From an uncultured Planctomycetota bacterium (lineage in GTDB: Bacteria > Planctomycetota > DG-23 > CAZBND01): a stretch of DNA of 64,000 bases. Location of the stretch: positions 90,229-154,228 of the forward strand of contig CAZBND010000003.1 in the NCBI GenBank assembly GCA_964493415.1. The letters run 5' to 3'. Shown piece by piece: positions 9,677 to 18,049 of this stretch. Within the stretch, counting starts at the first letter, position 1. Every line of letters starts with the position of its first letter. Made by a program: the position numbers and the translations under genes. A model generated the notes under the pieces. That model worked only from the letters and a program-made list of their open reading frames with translations, did no database searches and was not told the DNA's origin.

Positions 9677-9952
9677 GTGTGGAAGACTCTAATCATCAGC
9701 TTTGGGGCAATGTTTCTTGCTGAGCTTGGGGACAAGACGCAGCTTACGGTGCTGACTCTCAGCGCCAAGACCGGCAGCCCGTTAGCCGTCTTTCTCGGAG
9801 CGGCGGGGGCTCTTGTCGCGGCGACCGCCCTGGCGACCGTCGTCGGGTTCGTCTGTGCCAAGACGATCCCAAGGAACGTGATTGAACTGGTGGCCGGTGC
9901 GCTCTTCATTGGTATCGGCGCCTTTATTATCTACGGCCGATTGAGGGGTTGA
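9677..9952 (+). CDS. UPF0016/GDT1 family single-repeat membrane protein (putative cation/H+ exchanger half)
   Basis: E-L-G-D-K-T signature of UPF0016 (TMEM165/GDT1/MneA). 91 aa with 3 predicted TM segments, so a single-repeat version. Confidence 0.7.
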   Translation: MWKTLIISFGAMFLAELGDKTQLTVLTLSAKTGSPLAVFLGAAGALVAATALATVVGFVCAKTIPRNVIELVAGALFIGIGAFIIYGRLRG

Positions 9953-9956
9953 GAGA

Positions 9957-10946
9957 ATGACCAAGCGAGAGAGAATGAACGCATTTCTAAAAGGCGAGGT
10001 GGTCGACAGGCCTCCGGTGAGCTTTTGGAGGCATTTCTACCCTGATGAGACCACGCCCGAGGGGCTCGGTGAGGCAATGCTTGCGTTCCAGAAGGAGTTC
10101 GACTGGGACTTCATGAAGGTGAACCCTCGCGCGTCGTACCACGCCGAGGCGTTCGGCTCCACGTACAGCTTTTCCGAAAGCGGTTCCGAACGGGTGGAAC
10201 CCGCGGTCAAGACTGGAGCAGACTGGAGCAAGCTCAGGCCCGTTGCGGCCCGGGAGGGCGTGCTGGGAGACCATCTCCGCTCTCTCGAAATCATAGCCGA
10301 GGGACTGGCCGGCGAAGTCCCCTTCATCCAGACAGTCTTCACTCCCCTTTCCATAGCGATGAATCTCTGCTCCAGCCAGGAGCAATTCCTCTCTGAACTT
10401 AGAGAACGCCCCAACGAACTCCACGACGCTCTGGAGGTCATTGCGGAGACCTTCGCGGATTTCGGCGAGGCGTGCATCGACGTCGGAGCGAGCGGCATCT
10501 TTCTCGCCACAACCTATATGGCCACCACCGACATGCTCAGCCGTGATGAGTACCATGAGTTCGGCCGCGCGTATGACCTGGAGATCCTGCGCAACGTTCG
10601 GGACAAGTCCGAGCTGTTGATCATTCATGTCTGCAAGAGCAACAACATGCTCCTCGAACTGATGGACTATCCCGTTCACATGCTGAACTGGGACGCTTCG
10701 GATTCGACGAACCCCTCAATCTCCAAAATCCGGCACTGTACGGACAAATGTATCATCGGCGGCGTGGATCAGAAGACGTCATTCTCCGAGGGGAACAAGG
10801 CGAAAGCGTTACGCGAGGCCGAGGAGTCTTTCAAAGCCGCCGGCGGCAAAGGTTGGGCCTTGGGCGCAGGCTGCACGATCCCCATGGACGCATCCGAGGA
10901 CACTCTCCGTGCCCTCAGAGACGCAGTAGAGAATATGAAATCCTAG
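9957..10946 (+). CDS. uroporphyrinogen decarboxylase (URO-D) family protein, MtaA/CmuA-like methyltransferase fold
   Basis: Length and motif pattern of URO-D/MT2 family proteins. Function not assignable from sequence alone. Confidence 0.55.
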   Translation: MTKRERMNAFLKGEVVDRPPVSFWRHFYPDETTPEGLGEAMLAFQKEFDWDFMKVNPRASYHAEAFGSTYSFSESGSERVEPAVKTGADWSKLRPVAAREGVLGDHLRSLEIIAEGLAGEVPFIQTVFTPLSIAMNLCSSQEQFLSELRERPNELHDALEVIAETFADFGEACIDVGASGIFLATTYMATTDMLSRDEYHEFGRAYDLEILRNVRDKSELLIIHVCKSNNMLLELMDYPVHMLNWDASDSTNPSISKIRHCTDKCIIGGVDQKTSFSEGNKAKALREAEESFKAAGGKGWALGAGCTIPMDASEDTLRALRDAVENMKS

Positions 10947-10957
10947 CTGGGAGGCTC

Positions 10958-11575
10958 ATGGTGGGGCAGGGGAAGTTCATCGTACTCGATGGTCCCGACG
11001 GCGGCGGAAAGTCATCTCAGGTCGCTCTTCTGAAGGACCACCTCGAGAATGCAGGTCGCGTCGTCGTCGCGACGAGAGACCCCGGAGGAACGCCGCTGGG
11101 AGAGAAAATCCGCAAGCTCCTGCTCGATAACGCGGCCCCGCCGATGTCGGTTATTGCCGAGCTCATGCTCTACATGGCGAGCAGGGCGCAGCTTTGCTCG
11201 CAGGTTATTCGGCCCGCTCTGGAGCGGGGCGAAGTAGTCGTGTGCGAGCGCTTCCTCCTTTCCTCCGTCGTGTACCAGGGCTACGCGGGCGGCATCTCTC
11301 CGCAGCACGTCAAAGAGATAGGTAAGTTGGTCGTGGGCGACCTGTCCCCGGATGTGACCATCGTTCTTGACGTTGCCCCGGAGGTCGGCGCTTTGCGTCG
11401 CGGCGGGCCGGCGGACAGGATCGAGGGCAGGGGAGCAAGCTATCATGCCAAGGTTCGAGAGGGATTCCTTGCCGAGGCCGAAAGCAACCCGGAGAAGATA
11501 GAGGTCGTTTCCGCCGAGGCTTCGATAGATGAGGTCCACCGGATGATTCTGAAGGTGATTGACGGTGTCGTTTAA
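10958..11575 (+). CDS. tmk: thymidylate kinase
   Basis: P-loop GPDGGGKS, DRY-like motif, LID. ATG at 10958 verified with a GGGAGG RBS; the longer ORF from 10748 overlaps the URO-D gene and is not used. Confidence 0.85.
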   Translation: MVGQGKFIVLDGPDGGGKSSQVALLKDHLENAGRVVVATRDPGGTPLGEKIRKLLLDNAAPPMSVIAELMLYMASRAQLCSQVIRPALERGEVVVCERFLLSSVVYQGYAGGISPQHVKEIGKLVVGDLSPDVTIVLDVAPEVGALRRGGPADRIEGRGASYHAKVREGFLAEAESNPEKIEVVSAEASIDEVHRMILKVIDGVV

Positions 11576-12713
11576 AGCTCTGGTTGGTCAGCAAACTGTT
11601 GTCAGGGCTTTCCAAGCCGCCCTTGCGGGGGATAAGCTGGCCCACGCGTACTTGATCGTGGGGCCCGAAGGGGTCGGCAAGCGGACTTTCGCGAGAGAGG
11701 CGGCAAGGGCGTTGCTCTGCAAGCGCGGCGGTGTCGACGCTTGCGACGTATGCTCTTCCTGCCGGAGGATACTGGCGGGCGACTTGGACCCTCGTCCCCC
11801 AAAGAAGGCGCGTAAGGGCGAGCCCAAGCAGCTCCCGTACGACAAGCACCCCGATTTCCACTGGGTGGAGCCTGTCGCCTTGGGCGGAAGATCAGTGTCC
11901 GAGGAGGATACCAGCGGCAGGAACATAACCATCGAGCAGGCGCTAGGTCTCCACAGCGATATGCAGTTCAAACCTTTCGAGTCGCGATACAAAGTTGCCA
12001 TCGTGGCCGAATGCGACATGCTGAGAACTGAAGCGGCCAACTCGCTACTCAAGCTTTTCGAAGAGCCGCCGCCTGCGACGATCATCTTCCTCACCACGGC
12101 GCGTCCCAGAATGGTTCTCGAAACGATAGTTTCCAGGTGTCAGATGATTAGGATGACGGCTCTTGCCGCCGCCGCCGTCGAAGCTATTCTGACGTCGAGA
12201 TTCGACATTGACTCGGCACGGGCCCGCCGCTTGGCCGAGGTTTCCGATGGCAGCGTGAGCAGGGCCTTGTGGATGGGGGGCGCAGAAGGGGAGAAGCTCA
12301 AGCAGCTCGCGCTCGATGTCATGTCCGAAGGAACCAAGCTGGATGAGGAAAAGGCCGCGACCAATATCGCCAATAAGTGCATGCTCATGGGGCGGGCTGA
12401 GGGCGTCAAGGGTAAAAAGCGTCTTCGGGAATACGTCAGGCAGGAGGCGAAGGAAGTTCTGGCCTTTATTGCGGCGTTCTATAACGACATCAGCCGATTC
12501 CACGTTACGGGAAAGGTTTCCGGTGCGCTCGGCGACGCTTGGGAAATGGCGGTTCGAAAGCAGGCGAACGAGGTCGAGTGCGACGACGCAGTCCAAGCCG
12601 TCAACTTTGCTCTGGAAGCGGCGGCCTATATCGATCAAAATGTAGATGTAGAGCTGGTGTTAGGCGATTTCCTCCGGCGAAGCGCCAAGCGGCGTAGCCG
12701 GCTCCCAGTATGA
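11559..12713 (+). CDS. holB: DNA polymerase III delta-prime subunit
   Basis: AAA+ clamp-loader motifs (HAYLIVGPEGVGKRT, Zn-module CDVCSSC, SRC motif TIVSRCQ). Conserved tmk-holB-PSP1 gene order. Confidence 0.8.
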   Translation: MTVSFKALVGQQTVVRAFQAALAGDKLAHAYLIVGPEGVGKRTFAREAARALLCKRGGVDACDVCSSCRRILAGDLDPRPPKKARKGEPKQLPYDKHPDFHWVEPVALGGRSVSEEDTSGRNITIEQALGLHSDMQFKPFESRYKVAIVAECDMLRTEAANSLLKLFEEPPPATIIFLTTARPRMVLETIVSRCQMIRMTALAAAAVEAILTSRFDIDSARARRLAEVSDGSVSRALWMGGAEGEKLKQLALDVMSEGTKLDEEKAATNIANKCMLMGRAEGVKGKKRLREYVRQEAKEVLAFIAAFYNDISRFHVTGKVSGALGDAWEMAVRKQANEVECDDAVQAVNFALEAAAYIDQNVDVELVLGDFLRRSAKRRSRLPV

Positions 12714-12728
12714 GCGAGGAAATACACC

Positions 12729-13568
12729 ATGAACCACGCCTTCGTGGTAAGGTATGGGAAGATGCGGCATGCGGAGACCTTCCAGACAGACGTGGAAGGG
12801 CTATCCCAGTGCGCTCCTTGTGTCGTTCAGAGCGCGCGGGGGACCGAGCTTGGCATCGTCATCTGTCCCGCCGTTCAGCCCGGAGAGGGCGAAATTAGGG
12901 ACTTCTCGGGAACCATCATCAGGGCTGCCACTGACGAGGACCTCGACAGGGCGCTCAGGATCGTCCGTGACGAAGAGCCCCAGAAAAGGAAGTTCTGCGA
13001 GCAGAAGGTCAGAGAGCTGGAGCTTGCCATGAGGGTGGCCGATGTGGAACACCTTTTGGGTGGTGAGAAGATAATCTTCTACTTCCTCGCCGAGGGCCGT
13101 ATTGATTTCAGGCAGCTCGTCAAAGAACTGGCCAAAGAGTATCGAACCCGAATCGAGATGAAGCAAATCGGCGTGCGCGATGAGGCCAGGCTTCTGGGGC
13201 AAATGGAGCATTGCGGCAGGGAGCTGTGTTGCCGCGTCTTCATGAAGAACCTGGAGCCCGTGACGATGAAAATGGCAAAGAGCCAGAAGACCACACTCGA
13301 CCCCGCCAAGATATCGGGCAGGTGCGGGAGGCTGATGTGCTGCCTCAGATTCGAGGACAAGACCTACGAAGACCTTCGCAGGAAGCTTCCGAGGAAGGGC
13401 TCGCGGATTGTTACGGCCCGGGGCATGGGCGAGGTGGTCGATTACGACATACTTGCGCAGCTTGTCACCATCGAGACTGACAAGGACAGGCGGATGGTGA
13501 TACCGGTTTCTGAGATCATCGGGAAGAGCAATCCCGCACGAGAGGGAAACGGTGGGAAATCAGGGTAA
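12729..13568 (+). CDS. PSP1 domain protein (YaaT/RicT-like)
   Basis: PSP1 C-terminal conserved Cys-rich region (CGRELCCRVF, GRCGRLMCCL). Position downstream of holB as in Firmicutes. Confidence 0.75.
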   Translation: MNHAFVVRYGKMRHAETFQTDVEGLSQCAPCVVQSARGTELGIVICPAVQPGEGEIRDFSGTIIRAATDEDLDRALRIVRDEEPQKRKFCEQKVRELELAMRVADVEHLLGGEKIIFYFLAEGRIDFRQLVKELAKEYRTRIEMKQIGVRDEARLLGQMEHCGRELCCRVFMKNLEPVTMKMAKSQKTTLDPAKISGRCGRLMCCLRFEDKTYEDLRRKLPRKGSRIVTARGMGEVVDYDILAQLVTIETDKDRRMVIPVSEIIGKSNPAREGNGGKSG

Positions 13569-15093
13569 GTTCTACGTAACGACCGCCATTCCGTACTCCA
13601 ACGCCGAGCCGCATCTCGGCACCGCGTTGGAAGCCATAGGCACCGACGTCGTTGCGCGGTGGAAGAGGCTCACGGGATACGATGTCTTCTTTCTCACGGG
13701 CATGGACGAGAACAGTCAGAAGACGGTCAAGGCTGCGGAAGAGCGCGGCGTCGAGCCTCGGCAGTTGATCGACTACATATCGGGCAAGTTCAAAGAGCTC
13801 TGGGCCAAGCTCTACATATCCTACGACGACTTCGTTCGAACCACCGAGCCGAGGCACTGGAAGGTCGCCGTCGAACTGTTCAACCGCGTGTTCAAGACGG
13901 GGGACATATACGAGGGAACCTATGCCGGATGGTATTGCGTCGGCTGCGAGAATTTCCTGTCGGAGGAAGACATCGCCGACGGCAAGTGCCCGGTCGGGCA
14001 CTCCGCAATCGAGTGGGTCTCCGAAAAGGGCTACTTCTTCCGCCTATCCAAGTACACCGACGCCGTCCGCGAGCACGTCGAGCGGCACCCTGAGTTCATC
14101 GAGCCCGACTTCCGCCGCAACGAGATCATGAACAGCTACCTCCTCCCAGGATTGAAGGATGTCTTTGTAACCCGGGAGTCTAACGGCTGGGGCATCCCGC
14201 TCCCCGTCGACCCGAGCCGCGTCCTGTACGTGTGGTTCGACGCGTTGGTGAACTACTTGACCGGCTGCGGATTCCTTTCCGACGGGGAGAAGTTCGACCG
14301 TTACTGGCCCGCCGACCTTCACGTCATCGGGAAGGACATTATCCGCTTCCACACTACCCACTGGCCTGCAATGCTCATGTCGGCAGGCCTTCCTCTTCCG
14401 AGAAGGGTATTTGTCCATGGTTTTGTAAACATCGAAGGCGTCAAGATATCCAAGTCGGCGGGCACCGCGGTGGACCCGGGCGTGCTTGTCGAGGAGTTCG
14501 GCGCAGACAGCCTTCGCTATTTCCTGATGCGAGAGGCCCCATACGCGCAAGATATATCATTTTCGCGTAAGAAGCTTGTCGAGCGCCACAACCGCGACCT
14601 CGCAAACGACCTCGGCAACCTCCTGCACCGAACGCTGACCATGGTCGCCAAATACAGGGACGGCGTCGTACCGAAAGCCGTTGACGGCGACGAAGGGAAG
14701 CCGCTTCGCGAGGCTGCCGCCGCGCTGCCGGGCTCTCTCGAACCAGAGATCGAAGCCCTTCGTTTTAACAGGGCACTCGAGCAGATCTGGGATGTGATAC
14801 GACAGGCCAACAGGTACGTGGAGGAGTCCAGCCCCTGGTCTCTCGCCAAGGAAGCTTCGCAGCAGAAACGTCTCGACTCGGTTTTATATACGCTGCTCGA
14901 GTCGATAAGGCTCGTCTCCATCTGCCTATGGCCGTTCATGCCGGCGTCGTCAGCCGAAATGCGCCGGCAGTTGGGTCTCGGCGGAACAACTGACGACGTG
15001 CCAGTCGGCCAGGGCGGGTGGGGTCTTCTCAGCCCGGGCACCAAGGTGGAGGAGGGGACGCCGGTTTTCCCCCAGAAGGAAATCTCGGAATAG
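13552..15093 (+). CDS. metG: methionyl-tRNA synthetase (short form, no C-terminal tRNA-binding domain)
   Basis: Class I aaRS motifs: HLGT (HIGH-type), KISKS, anticodon-binding helical domain. GTG start overlapping the PSP1 gene end. Confidence 0.85.
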   Translation: MGNQGKFYVTTAIPYSNAEPHLGTALEAIGTDVVARWKRLTGYDVFFLTGMDENSQKTVKAAEERGVEPRQLIDYISGKFKELWAKLYISYDDFVRTTEPRHWKVAVELFNRVFKTGDIYEGTYAGWYCVGCENFLSEEDIADGKCPVGHSAIEWVSEKGYFFRLSKYTDAVREHVERHPEFIEPDFRRNEIMNSYLLPGLKDVFVTRESNGWGIPLPVDPSRVLYVWFDALVNYLTGCGFLSDGEKFDRYWPADLHVIGKDIIRFHTTHWPAMLMSAGLPLPRRVFVHGFVNIEGVKISKSAGTAVDPGVLVEEFGADSLRYFLMREAPYAQDISFSRKKLVERHNRDLANDLGNLLHRTLTMVAKYRDGVVPKAVDGDEGKPLREAAAALPGSLEPEIEALRFNRALEQIWDVIRQANRYVEESSPWSLAKEASQQKRLDSVLYTLLESIRLVSICLWPFMPASSAEMRRQLGLGGTTDDVPVGQGGWGLLSPGTKVEEGTPVFPQKEISE

Positions 15094-15109
15094 GCGACAG
15101 GGATTACAG

Positions 15110-15532
15110 GTGAGCAGACAAGAAACATTCATCTCGCGACTTGAAGAACTGGTCCGGCAGGACCCGCGCTACAACATGGACGCTTACACTTTTCTCCTCG
15201 ACGCGCTGGGGTTCACGATTCGAATGCTCGGACGCGACAAAGAGTCGGACGATCCGGCCAAGCGCCATGTCTCCGGCCGAGAGCTGTTGGAAGGGATCAG
15301 GCGGTACGCCCTGCTGCAATTCGGCTTCATGGCCAGGGTGGTCTTCGAGGGATGGGGCGTGAAAGGTACCGATGACTTCGGGGAAATCGTCTTCAACCTT
15401 GTTGACAGGGGACTGCTGGGAAGGTCGGAGACGGACTCCAAGGAAGACTTCCACGCGGTGTACGATTTCGAGGAGGCCCTCGACCGCTCATATCGCATCG
15501 GCGGTGAGGCTCGGCTCACGCAGGAGAGCTGA
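15110..15532 (+). CDS. conserved hypothetical protein (~140 aa)
   Basis: Clean ORF with GTG start in a tight gene array. Reminiscent of a small conserved family seen in Planctomycetes/Verrucomicrobia, but I cannot name it reliably. Confidence 0.45.
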   Translation: MSRQETFISRLEELVRQDPRYNMDAYTFLLDALGFTIRMLGRDKESDDPAKRHVSGRELLEGIRRYALLQFGFMARVVFEGWGVKGTDDFGEIVFNLVDRGLLGRSETDSKEDFHAVYDFEEALDRSYRIGGEARLTQES

Positions 15533-15563
15533 ACGGGCGCAAGAATACTAACGGCCCGCATCG

Positions 15564-16664
15564 TTACCCGAAGAAGTCCCGCACGGCCTCTGCAACATAG
15601 TCAAGTTGCCCGTAGGTCATCTCCGGGAAGATCGGCAGGGACAAGACCTCCCGGGCTGCGGTTTCCGATACCGGGAAATCCCCTTCCTTGTATCCCAGTT
15701 CTTCGCACACGCGCTGCAAGTGGAGCGTAATAGGATAGTGTATCGCGCACGCGATGTCCCGGTCGACGAGCCACTCGTGCAGCGCGTCCCGCTCGGGGCA
15801 ACGGATCGTATAGTAGTTGTAGGAGTGGTAAGCATAGGGGAGTTCGACGGGCAACGATATGGGAAGTCCCTCAAGCCTGTCTCGATACGCTGCGGCAAGC
15901 TCGCGCCGCTTTTCCACCCATCTATCCAGGTGTTTGAGCTTCACCGACAGGATCGCCCCTTGAAGCCCCTCCATGCGGAAGTTGAAGCCCAGGATCGAGT
16001 GCTCGTAGCGCGAGCTCTCCCCGTGATGACGGATGAGCTTGGACTTGCGCGCTATCTCTTCGTCGTTGGTGACGACCATCCCGCCTTCCCCGAACGCCCC
16101 TAGGTTTTTCGGCGGGTAGAAACTAAAGCACCCCACGTCGGAAATCCCGCCCACCGGCTTATCTTTGTATCTCGCCCCGTTCGCCTGCGCAGCGTCCTCT
16201 ATCACCGCCACGCCACGTTCTCTGGCCAGCGAGTTTATGGGAGCAAGATCGGCGGGATGTCCATACAGGTGAACCGGTATGACGGCCCGGCTCTTCTCCG
16301 TGAAGGCGTTCTTTACCTGTTCCGGGTCCAGATTGAGGGTTTCCGGGTCCACGTCGGCGAAGCGCGGAACGGCCCCCGCGAGCAAGACGGCCTCGACATT
16401 CGCCGCGAACGTGAAAGGGCTGGTTATTACCTCGTCTCCGGCGCCGACGGCGCAGGCTCTGAGCGCCACATACAGCGCCGACGTGCCGGAGTTCACGCCC
16501 ACCGCATGGCGAGCCCCGCAGTAGTCCGCAAACTCCTTCTCGAAGCGCTCGACGAATTCGCCCAAGACGAACGCGCTCTTGTCCAGCACCTTCGCAAAGG
16601 CTTCCTCCAGCTCCGGCCTCAAACCAGCGTGCTGTTTTCCAAGATCGGTCGAGGGAACTTTCAT
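15564..16664 (-). CDS. DegT/DnrJ/EryC1/StrS family PLP-dependent nucleotide-sugar aminotransferase
   Basis: Fold-type I sugar aminotransferase motifs (GVNSGTSAL, SFYPPKNLGAFGEGG; PLP lysine context). Confidence 0.8.
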   Translation of the reverse strand: MKVPSTDLGKQHAGLRPELEEAFAKVLDKSAFVLGEFVERFEKEFADYCGARHAVGVNSGTSALYVALRACAVGAGDEVITSPFTFAANVEAVLLAGAVPRFADVDPETLNLDPEQVKNAFTEKSRAVIPVHLYGHPADLAPINSLARERGVAVIEDAAQANGARYKDKPVGGISDVGCFSFYPPKNLGAFGEGGMVVTNDEEIARKSKLIRHHGESSRYEHSILGFNFRMEGLQGAILSVKLKHLDRWVEKRRELAAAYRDRLEGLPISLPVELPYAYHSYNYYTIRCPERDALHEWLVDRDIACAIHYPITLHLQRVCEELGYKEGDFPVSETAAREVLSLPIFPEMTYGQLDYVAEAVRDFFG

Positions 16665-16695
16665 GCCGAGCGCCCTCGTGTCTTATTGGCCGTAT

Positions 16696-17994
16696 TCAGA
16701 TCTTGACTACCTTCGCTTTGCCCTTGGTGTTTTTGGTCGCATTTCTCGTGTCAACCACTATCTGGGAGTGGCTGACGACAAGCCCGATATCGATCGCGTC
16801 ATGGTCGGTCACAATCACCGCGCAGTCGTGTTCCGATAGGACCTGCGGGTTCAGCGGCTGGGAGCACAGCACTTCTCCGCCGCAGCAGAACTCGGGAACC
16901 AGCGGGTCGCAATATGATATCTCCGCGCCCTTCTCCGCAAGGTGATGCATGATCTCTGCCGCCGGTGACTCTCTGGTGTCACTCACGTTCCTCTTGTACG
17001 AGACGCCGAGGATCAGGATCCGCGAACCGTTCACACACTTGTGTTCTGAATTAAGAGCGTCAACCACTTTGGAGACCACGTACTGGGGCATGGCCGAATT
17101 TATCCGTGTGGACAGGTCGATGAAGCCGGCTTCGATGTCCATGAGTCGCGCCTTCCACGACAGGTATAGAGGATCAACCGGCAGGCAGTGCCCGCCCAAC
17201 CCGGGTCCCGGATAGAACGGCATGAATCCGAAGGGCTTTGTTGCCGCGGCGTCTATCACCTCCCAGACGTCTATGCCCATCTTGCCGCACATCATGGCGA
17301 ATTCGTTTATCAGGCTGATGTTCACCGTCCGGAACGTGTTCTCCAGCAGCTTCACCATCTCCGCGACGCGCGTTGAGGACACGGGAACCACTTCTCGAAC
17401 GATCGTCTTGTATAGTTCCACCGCCACTGCTGTGCACCGTGGCGTGATGCCCCCCACCACCTTCGGGATATTCCGCGTCTTGAATCTCGTATTGCCGGGG
17501 TCGACCCTCTCCGGCGAAAACGCCAGGAACATGTCCTTGCCCATTTCCAGCCCTTGCTTCTCGAAGACAGGCTGGATTATCTCCTCGCACGTTCCGGGAT
17601 ATGTCGTGCTCTCCAGCACCACCAGCGAACCGGTAGGAAGATGCTCTCGGATTGCCTCCACCGCCTCGACGATGTAGGAAATGTCGGGGTCCTTGGTCTT
17701 TCTCAAGGGTGTGGGGACGGATATCACCGCCACATCGCAGGATGAGAGCTGTTTCGCCTCCGTGGTCGCGACCAACTTCCCGTCGCCGGTCGCCTGTTTG
17801 AGATCGGCATCCGAGATGTCCTCGATGTAGGACTTCGACGCGTTTACTTGCGCACATCGTTGGGGATTAGTGTCTATTCCCGTCACGCGGAAGCCGGCCT
17901 TGGAGAATTCTATCGCCAGCGGAAGCCCCGCGTATCCCAGCCCTACGACGGCAATCCTTGCCTTCTTCGTGCGAATCTTTGCTTCTAAGCCCAC
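16696..17994 (-). CDS. UDP-N-acetyl-D-glucosamine/mannosamine 6-dehydrogenase family (WbpA/WecC/TviB-like)
   Basis: N-terminal Rossmann GLGYAGLP, catalytic Cys region GPGLGGHCLP, UDPG/MGDP dehydrogenase C-terminal domain. Confidence 0.8.
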   Translation of the reverse strand: MGLEAKIRTKKARIAVVGLGYAGLPLAIEFSKAGFRVTGIDTNPQRCAQVNASKSYIEDISDADLKQATGDGKLVATTEAKQLSSCDVAVISVPTPLRKTKDPDISYIVEAVEAIREHLPTGSLVVLESTTYPGTCEEIIQPVFEKQGLEMGKDMFLAFSPERVDPGNTRFKTRNIPKVVGGITPRCTAVAVELYKTIVREVVPVSSTRVAEMVKLLENTFRTVNISLINEFAMMCGKMGIDVWEVIDAAATKPFGFMPFYPGPGLGGHCLPVDPLYLSWKARLMDIEAGFIDLSTRINSAMPQYVVSKVVDALNSEHKCVNGSRILILGVSYKRNVSDTRESPAAEIMHHLAEKGAEISYCDPLVPEFCCGGEVLCSQPLNPQVLSEHDCAVIVTDHDAIDIGLVVSHSQIVVDTRNATKNTKGKAKVVKI

Positions 17995-18049
17995 TGCATT
18001 CGTTCCTTGCGTGTTGCATCAAAGCGGCGGCGAGGCGCGAATCGCGCGC

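Noticed and set aside
8890-9909. 339-codon - strand ORF
   Set aside because: Antisense to the PIG-L deacetylase and UPF0016 genes, which carry family signatures.
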